Source: Alphaproteobacteria bacterium
Lineage (GTDB): Bacteria > Pseudomonadota > Alphaproteobacteria > Rs-D84
Direction of reading: 5' to 3'
Length of the DNA: 53,083 nucleotides
Assembly: GCA_031549365.1 (NCBI GenBank)
Contig: JAVBPX010000014.1
Span: forward strand, 1 to 53,083
The notes below the pieces were generated by a model, which had not been told where the DNA came from, did no database searches, and was given only the letters and a program-made list of their open reading frames with translations. The position numbers and the translations under genes were made by a program. This document shows, piece by piece, positions 46,984-53,083 of this stretch (the stretch's first letter is position 1; each line of letters starts with the position of its first letter).

Positions 46984-48570
46984 ATGGCACAGAAAAAAGA
47001 AATTATCAGCTCCCACGACTTTCTCACCAAACTTGCAAAACATATGGATAAAATTTCCTATTCCATATCCTCGGCGCATGCCATATCGTTTTTAATGCAG
47101 GATAAAACCATCCAACAATTTTTGTTGGATAATAATATCCCACAACGTGAAATTAATTCTTTTACCCGCAAATGGGGAGATTACAGAAAAAAGCTTTCCG
47201 AACTCGAAGTTACATCATCGGATTCAACAATTGAAATTGAACCATCGATTGTAACTCTGGCCCAAGAGGCCGAAGCCGACACAATAATCGACGACACACC
47301 ATATTCAATATGCTTGTTTCGCAACTTGCTTGTAAACAACTTTTTTGATGAATCCGCAGGAATGATTTCCAATATGCCACAAATGGAAATGCTGCGTAAA
47401 TCCAAAATCAATCCTTCTAAACTTTTTCCATCGGAATTTCGCGAAACATTTTTGGAATTCGAGGATGCAAAACGTCAATCCGGCGTATCAACAATCCAAG
47501 AAGCAATCACCATCCGCGAAAAAATTGATTCCAATCAAAATCCGGAAAATCTGCGAAAAGCAACACTTATCCCCTCATCAAAACCAAACAAGTATGATAA
47601 AATTAATCCATCTAACATCTTGTCTGCTTTACAAGCAAAAATTTTTGGCCAAGACCCGGCATTAAAAATCATTTCGGACCGACTTGTTGTATCCACAATA
47701 ATCCCAGACCTATTCTCGGAACGCCCTCAAACAACAATGTTTTTCGCAGGCCCCTCTGGTGTTGGCAAAACCGAAACAGCCGAAGTTTTATCAAAAATTC
47801 TCGATCGCCCTCTGCTTCGCTTAAACATGAATGAATATAACGATCAAATATCCTCAAACGCTTTATTTGGAACATCTCCTGGATATATTGGCTATGATCG
47901 TGGGGGTATTTTGGTTGACTATGTTTTAAAAAACCCAAACGCAATTGTACTTTTTGATGAATTTGAAAAATCTCATGAAACAGTGCAAAACTCATTGCTT
48001 CAAATTTTTGACAAAGGCACATCCCGCACCAACAAAAACGAAGACGTGTCTTTCAAAAACACAATTATCATCGCAGCCTCAAATGCAGGCGTAAACAACA
48101 TGCGCTCTGTTGGCTTCAATCATTCCGAAAGCGCCTATTTGGACGAACAAAAATTATCGAATTTACTAAAACCAGAATTACTCGGCCGTCTGGGCGGACC
48201 AATTGAATTTAAAAACCTGACCAATATACACTTGGAAAAAATATTGGATTCATATTTTTATGAAATGAACTTGATTATTTCTGATTTGCATGGACTTTTG
48301 GCATACCCAAATTCCAAAACAACATCAAAATTAATTCAAATGGGCTCACACCCAACCCAGGGCGCACGCCCATTACGTGGAAAATTCAACGAGATAATAA
48401 AATCAAACTTGGCGCATAATATTGCGAACAAAAAACACACATCCGGCAACGTAATAATTATCCAAGACATCAATCCTGATAATTCGATCCAAACAACGGA
48501 ACTAACCTGTGAAAAATTCTTCGAAAAACGTGATTTAATCCTGCAAAAACAGTACGAAGCATCAAAATAA
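46984..48570 (+). CDS. Single-ring Clp-type AAA+ ATPase (ClpA/B D2-like)
   Basis: IFGQ, GPSGVGKTE, PGYIGYD, VLFDEFEKSH, LLQIFDKG, VGF, PELLGRL, GARPL. Confidence 0.88.
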   Translation: MAQKKEIISSHDFLTKLAKHMDKISYSISSAHAISFLMQDKTIQQFLLDNNIPQREINSFTRKWGDYRKKLSELEVTSSDSTIEIEPSIVTLAQEAEADTIIDDTPYSICLFRNLLVNNFFDESAGMISNMPQMEMLRKSKINPSKLFPSEFRETFLEFEDAKRQSGVSTIQEAITIREKIDSNQNPENLRKATLIPSSKPNKYDKINPSNILSALQAKIFGQDPALKIISDRLVVSTIIPDLFSERPQTTMFFAGPSGVGKTETAEVLSKILDRPLLRLNMNEYNDQISSNALFGTSPGYIGYDRGGILVDYVLKNPNAIVLFDEFEKSHETVQNSLLQIFDKGTSRTNKNEDVSFKNTIIIAASNAGVNNMRSVGFNHSESAYLDEQKLSNLLKPELLGRLGGPIEFKNLTNIHLEKILDSYFYEMNLIISDLHGLLAYPNSKTTSKLIQMGSHPTQGARPLRGKFNEIIKSNLAHNIANKKHTSGNVIIIQDINPDNSIQTTELTCEKFFEKRDLILQKQYEASK

Positions 48571-48598
48571 CGATTCTAAATCGATTCATAGTTGATTC

Positions 48599-48626
48599 AA
48601 AATGGCCGTAATAAAACGGCCATTTT
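48599..48626. terminator. Intrinsic terminator after the Clp-like pair
   Basis: aaaatggccgt / acggccatttt. Confidence 0.78.
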
Positions 48627-48742
48627 ACTTTAATTTGACTTTAATTGATTTGAAACCACCCTAAATTACATTTTTTGAAAATCCATTAAATTAATTCCAA
48701 CATTTTATTTTGCAAAATAATCCACAAATTGTAACACAAAAC

Positions 48743-48870
48743 AAAAATCAATCAAAATTATGTTATTGGAAAGAATTTTTAAATTTTTGGGCCCGCTATT
48801 TACACAAACGTAAATAAGGGTCTGAAAATTTAAAAACTTGTTTTCAAGGGCTTGATTTTCATTGATTTTT
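48743..48870. repeat. Long imperfect palindrome (3'-end hairpin family), overlaps the sufE end
   Basis: Outer arms aaaaatcaat-c-aaaat / atttt-c-attgattttt; apex tatttac-acaaac-gtaaata. Confidence 0.78.
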
Positions 48871-49239
48871 TATGTATTGGGCAATAAATGCCAACCCATT
48901 CATTCTCTGCGCTCCCAATCCCAAATTCAACTCAACAATCTTATCCACAATTGAAATCTTTTTAATTTCATCTGGATTCATTTCATTAACCATTGCCAAT
49001 ACGGCTGCCAAAATTCCGCGCACCATCATTGAATCCGCCTCTCCGTAAAAATGCAATTTATCGCCATCACGACGAACAGCCATCGCAACCCGCGAAGCAC
49101 ACCCAACAATTTCAATAGCCGAATCCCTTAAATCCGATGGAATTGCCTCTAACCCATTTCCAAATTCGATTAATGCATCTAATCTATCTGCATCCGTTGG
49201 CGCCATAGCCAAAATAACTTTCATATCATTAAACTTCAT
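48859..49239 (-). CDS. sufE: Cysteine desulfuration protein SufE
   Basis: LIEFG, IVGCASRV, EADSMMVRG, QRMNGL. Confidence 0.88.
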   Translation of the reverse strand: MKFNDMKVILAMAPTDADRLDALIEFGNGLEAIPSDLRDSAIEIVGCASRVAMAVRRDGDKLHFYGEADSMMVRGILAAVLAMVNEMNPDEIKKISIVDKIVELNLGLGAQRMNGLAFIAQYIKNQ

Positions 49240-49349
49240 TTATCATTTCCACTTTTTATATTCCACCAAACTGAAAATAAAATTTTACCTTACATTTTTT
49301 ATTTTTCAAAATAAAAAAAGCATTCCTCCACTACAAAACCAAATATGCC

Positions 49350-49470
49350 TATCTTCGTTGTGCCGACTATTTTTGATTCTTAATTTTTTGGAGGTTTCGC
49401 ATATTCAACATACGAGAACGCCTCCAAAAAATTAAGAACCGAGAATAATGCGGCCCCGACGAGAGAGATA
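49350..49470. repeat. Long imperfect palindrome (3'-end hairpin family) abutting the sufT stop
   Basis: ttcttaattttttggagg / cctccaaaaaattaagaa; apex tat-tcaac-ata. Confidence 0.78.
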
Positions 49471-49830
49471 CTAAAACCCCTGATGAAATAAATCCAACTC
49501 AAACCTCGCCCTCTCGGACATCATCTCTAAATTCCAAACTGGATCCCAAACCATAAATACACGAACCATATTCACGCCTGGAATTTTTGAAATCACCCCT
49601 GCGACCCATAATGGAATTTCATCCGCCATCGGGCACGTCGGCGAAGTCAGCGTCATACGAACATCCACCGCCCCATTATTAATTTCAATTGAATAAATCA
49701 ATCCCAAATCGTAAATATTGACTGGAATCTCTGGATCATATACTTGTTTTATCGCTTCCACCACCTGGGATTCAACAACTTCGCCATCTCCGCCAACACC
49801 GGCCAAAACAACATCTGGATTATCTGACAT
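49471..49830 (-). CDS. sufT: DUF59 Fe-S cluster assembly protein (SufT-like)
   Basis: VYDPEIPVNIYDLGLIY, MTLTSPTCPMA, WDPVW..MMSE. Confidence 0.88.
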   Translation of the reverse strand: MSDNPDVVLAGVGGDGEVVESQVVEAIKQVYDPEIPVNIYDLGLIYSIEINNGAVDVRMTLTSPTCPMADEIPLWVAGVISKIPGVNMVRVFMVWDPVWNLEMMSERARFELDLFHQGF

Positions 49831-50990
49831 TATAAAACCTTTTTGAATATTTCGACCAATCTTTGCATTTCTTCCATTGAATTCCAAGGCCCAATTGAAA
49901 CCCTCAAACTTCCATCAACTTGCATATACCGGTGCAGCCAACTTGCACACTGCGTCCCAACACGCAAACAAACACCATTCACACCCAATCTTGCCCCAAC
50001 ATCCAGCGCGCCGCCGTTATTTGGAATCATTGTCAAAACGCTTGCGCCAACTGGCGATAAAATCCTAACATTCAATTTTTCCAATTCTGAACGCAAATAA
50101 TTATACAACTCTTGCTCATACGAAATTAATTTATCAAAGCCAATTGAATTAATCCAATCAATCGCAGTCCCCAATCCAATAATCTGAACAATAGGCAGAG
50201 TCCCCGCTTCAAACCGCGCGGCACCAATCGATAAAACACAATCATGCCCGGCAACGGCGGCAACCATCCCGCCACCAAATTTTGTTGGATAAAATCTTTC
50301 TGGATTTTTTAAATACATCACACCAACACCAGTATCTGCATACATTTTGTGTCCAGAAAAGCATAAAATATCGCAACCAAAATCGGAAACGTCCATCACA
50401 CCATGAACAACACGTTGTGCAGCATCAACAACAGTAATCGCATCACCACATTCATCAACTATTCTTTTAACATCAATCGACGCGCCCAAAACATTTGACA
50501 TCGCAGAAATTAAAACCGCCCGAACATTACCGCCACGAATTTTTTCCCGCAAACACTCCAAATCCATTTCATAATTATCATTTAATGGACAAACCCATAA
50601 TTTGCATTTGCCGGACCTGGCTAATTCTTCAAACGGCAAACGCGCACTGTGATGATCCAAATCCGAAACAATTACAATTGATTCCGAATCCAAGTCCCGG
50701 GCAACAAACTCGGCCGCCATATTTAATCCGGCCGTAGCCCCAGAATTAAAAACAATCTGTTCTCGACCCGTGGCACCAATAAATTTTGCAACTTTTTCGC
50801 GCACAGATTCTATTTTCAAATCAACATTCGAGGCACGCCGACACATTCCACGACCTGCATTTGCATACTCATTTATTGAAAAATCGCGCATAACATCCAA
50901 AACCGAAATCAGAGTCAGCGAACTCGCCGCCGCATCAACATAGAATACTGTGTTGTCCACATATAAAAAATCTTTTTTAAAACTCATCAT
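49830..50990 (-). CDS. sufS: Cysteine desulfurase, SufS type
   Basis: DAAQ, FSGHK, GGGMV, FEAGT, LRVGTQCA; clustered with sufT and sufE. Confidence 0.85.
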   Translation of the reverse strand: MMSFKKDFLYVDNTVFYVDAAASSLTLISVLDVMRDFSINEYANAGRGMCRRASNVDLKIESVREKVAKFIGATGREQIVFNSGATAGLNMAAEFVARDLDSESIVIVSDLDHHSARLPFEELARSGKCKLWVCPLNDNYEMDLECLREKIRGGNVRAVLISAMSNVLGASIDVKRIVDECGDAITVVDAAQRVVHGVMDVSDFGCDILCFSGHKMYADTGVGVMYLKNPERFYPTKFGGGMVAAVAGHDCVLSIGAARFEAGTLPIVQIIGLGTAIDWINSIGFDKLISYEQELYNYLRSELEKLNVRILSPVGASVLTMIPNNGGALDVGARLGVNGVCLRVGTQCASWLHRYMQVDGSLRVSIGPWNSMEEMQRLVEIFKKVL

Positions 50991-51064
50991 CAACTCGTTG
51001 ACATTAACCTTGAAATCATTATATAGTATGTGAGCTTAAAAAAACAATACAAAAAGGGGGAAAC

Positions 51065-51370
51065 ATGCATACATTTACAGACGCAACTTTTAAAAATGAT
51101 ATTAACGCTCCACTGGTAATTGTGGACGTATGGGCAACTTGGTGTGCGCCCTGCCGGATGTTTGGTCCCGTGTTCGAAGAAGTTTCAAACGAACACCCAG
51201 AAATTCGCATGGGAAAATTAAACGTCGAAGAAAATCAGCAAACACCAATGCAATATGGCATTCGCTCAATTCCAACATTGTTGGCTTTTAAAAACGGCGA
51301 ATTGGTTGAAACAAAATCTGGTGCCATGTCCAAAGAAACTTTAATTGAATGGATAAATACACTAAAATAA
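51065..51370 (+). CDS. trxA: Thioredoxin
   Basis: WATWCAPC, YGIRSIPTL. Confidence 0.95.
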   Translation: MHTFTDATFKNDINAPLVIVDVWATWCAPCRMFGPVFEEVSNEHPEIRMGKLNVEENQQTPMQYGIRSIPTLLAFKNGELVETKSGAMSKETLIEWINTLK

Positions 51371-51400
51371 TCAAAACAACCCAACGGGGGTAAAACGGTC

Positions 51401-51844
51401 ATGAAAAAAAATTATAAAACACTTGAACTTCCTGCCAACTACAAACCAACTCTAAAAGAAGAATATATGTCATCCGAACAATTGGCATACTTCTATCATA
51501 TATTGACCGAGCGTAGGCAAGAAGTCCTGGATTCCCAAAACGAATCCCTGACCGATATCCAAAACATTAAAATGGCAAATGATGCCGGCGCAGTTGATTC
51601 AATTGACGCCGCCTCGGCCAAGGAAAACGCCCTCATGGAATTACGCATTATGGACCGCGACAACAATCTATTGCGCTTAATTGATTCTGCATTAAAACGC
51701 CTCGAAAACGGAACATACGGTTATTGCGTTGTAACAGGCGAAGAAATCGGCATCAAACGTTTAATGGCACGCCCAATGGCCACCATGACGGTCGAGGCCC
51801 AAGAAGAACACGAACGCAAATCAAAATCCTCCGCCTCGGAATAA
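51401..51844 (+). CDS. dksA: RNA polymerase-binding protein DksA
   Basis: EEYMS..QLAYF, DSIDAA (DxxDxA), TYGYC..GEEIGIKRL.ARP. Confidence 0.9.
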   Translation: MKKNYKTLELPANYKPTLKEEYMSSEQLAYFYHILTERRQEVLDSQNESLTDIQNIKMANDAGAVDSIDAASAKENALMELRIMDRDNNLLRLIDSALKRLENGTYGYCVVTGEEIGIKRLMARPMATMTVEAQEEHERKSKSSASE

Positions 51845-51847
51845 AAC

Positions 51848-51872
51848 AAAAACCACAATCGGTGGTTTTTTT
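51848..51872 (+). terminator. Intrinsic terminator after dksA
   Basis: aaaaaccac / gtggttttttt. Confidence 0.75.
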
Positions 51873-51970
51873 ATTACAATTATCGCTCAAACAAATAATT
51901 TGAATCCGTATTTTTTTTATGATATAATAAACCAGTATAGATATTCTAGAGAACATACAGGAGGGCCCTC

Positions 51971-52804
51971 ATGAAAAAACTATTACCATTATTGGTGGTG
52001 CCATTTTTAATCACGGCATGCGACCCAGTAAACACCGACCGCGAAAATTTCCCAGCCGAAGAATCACTTTCTTCGTCTGAACTATACAATAAACCAGCTG
52101 CCGTATCTGAATCATATCCATCTATGGCGGCCGCACCAAAATACTATATCGGGGCTAAATACACTATCGAATCCACAACATACACTCCGGCCGAAGATAT
52201 GGCATACAATCAAACCGGCATCATAGGGATCATCCCCGCCGATTTAAATGGTTCAGAAACTGCGAACGGCGAAACATTTGATATTAACAAATTGTCCGCA
52301 GCCAGCAAAACATTACCTCTGCCATCAATTGTCAAAATAACAAATCTTGATAACGGTCAATCCGCTGTTGTACGCGTAAACGATCGCGGTCCATTCATTA
52401 ATTCACGTTTAATGGACGTATCGCCCGCTGTTGCAAAAAAATTGGGCATCAAAACAACCGCCAACGTCCAAGTAACGGTAATGCCAGATGAATCAAATGC
52501 CGTCAAAGCGGCCACCTTGGCATCATCCGGGGAATCAATGGCACAAACAGCATCAACAGGTTCTGGACCATATACAGTCCAAGCAGCCGCATTTTATTCA
52601 CACGAAAACGCAACAGCATTACAACAACGCATTTCACATCTTGGCAACGTCCAAGTAATGAACGAAAGCGGCATGTACAAAGTGCGCATAATCGATCTTG
52701 ATGCAGCATCTGCCAAAAACGTAATCCAACAATTACGCAGCTCTGAATCAACTGCACCTGGATTATTACAGAACGGCAAATGGATCAACGCCGACAGCAT
52801 CTAA
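51971..52804 (+). CDS. rlpA: Septal ring lytic transglycosylase RlpA family lipoprotein
   Basis: Lipobox ITAC, TANGE.F, KTLPLPS, VRVNDRGPF, C-terminal SPOR-like YTVQAAAF. Confidence 0.9.
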   Translation: MKKLLPLLVVPFLITACDPVNTDRENFPAEESLSSSELYNKPAAVSESYPSMAAAPKYYIGAKYTIESTTYTPAEDMAYNQTGIIGIIPADLNGSETANGETFDINKLSAASKTLPLPSIVKITNLDNGQSAVVRVNDRGPFINSRLMDVSPAVAKKLGIKTTANVQVTVMPDESNAVKAATLASSGESMAQTASTGSGPYTVQAAAFYSHENATALQQRISHLGNVQVMNESGMYKVRIIDLDAASAKNVIQQLRSSESTAPGLLQNGKWINADSI

Positions 52805-52853
52805 TTTCTTTGGCCATACTCATGCATTCGGGGGCCATTCAAATTTATCAACC

Positions 52854-52884
52854 AAAAAATCCCTGGAAAACTCCGGGGATTTTT
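52854..52884. terminator. Intrinsic terminator after rlpA
   Basis: aaaaatccctgga / tccggggattttt. Confidence 0.75.
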
Positions 52885-52988
52885 AATCCCATAGTTACGC
52901 CAACAATTATAAATGTCATCCCTCGGAATCACAACTCCGTGGCAATCTTTATCTCGGCGAAACAACGTGCCGACGGATCATTGCAATT

Positions 52989-53083
52989 AAAACCCGACAA
53001 TTATTTGTCGTGGTTGAGTGGTGCGGGAGAAAATAAAAACACTACCCATCTCGCCCCAACGGGGAGAGATAATAAAACATATG
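52989..53083. repeat. Partial fourth copy of the composite repeat from 9-727, cut by the window edge
   Basis: aaaacccgacaattatttgtcgtggttgagtggtgcggg..ataaaacatatg is near-identical to the units at the window start. Confidence 0.92.

Noticed and set aside
48570-48950. Replication origin or dif site (AT-rich, TTATCCACA at 48941, ttatgtta)
   Set aside because: Only one perfect DnaA box, inside sufE. No XerC arm and no skew change. The region is explained by a terminator and a hairpin repeat.
51401-51844. DksA with only one zinc-finger cysteine as a novelty
   Set aside because: Zinc-free DksA variants are already known in alphaproteobacteria.
7578-52800. Numerous antisense and nested ORFs in the track (e.g. 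19257-19856, 22119-22796, 29738-30373)
   Set aside because: Shadow frames of well-supported genes, with no motifs or RBS.
52989-53083. Terminal redundancy implying a circular element
   Set aside because: The end matches internal repeat units, not base 1. Gene content is chromosomal, so a repeat-induced contig break is more likely.

Overview
This is a low-GC bacterial chromosomal segment, most likely from an alphaproteobacterium with a reduced genome. That is inferred from the Rho, BamD, Pal and one-cysteine DksA sequences and the ftsE-ftsX-ydcF-plsC order. The + strand is A/C-rich throughout, so I see no origin or terminus switch. The backbone is housekeeping: a partial dcw cluster (murJ-mraY-ftsW-murG-rsmH, with mraZ 15 kb away), rpmI-rplT-pheST, rho, bamD, pal, queH, ftsEX, plsC, infC, dnaG, tsaE, sufS-sufT-sufE, trxA, dksA, rlpA, tRNA-Leu(CAA) and tRNA-Thr(CGT). 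The best candidate for an undescribed system is a radical SAM/SPASM gene followed by a 25-aa ORF absent from the ORF track (MKIVAVKTVAGINSIGTKANERCHD, strong RBS), then a hairpin and a histidyl-tRNA synthetase. This looks like a minimal RiPP locus. Other notable items: (1) a tandem pair of single-ring Clp AAA+ paralogs, one apparently catalytically dead; (2) a switch-like structured RNA ahead of three small secreted proteins; (3) a 3.7-kb cassette bracketed by a duplicated aquaporin promoter and 5' end; (4) several families of palindromic REP/RPE-like repeats, including covarying long hairpins at gene 3' ends and in-frame insertions in pheT and an outer-membrane protein; (5) short duplications of gene ends in murG and an M23 peptidase. 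I found no CRISPR array, rRNA, transposase or integrase. All calls are by eye, with no database searches.
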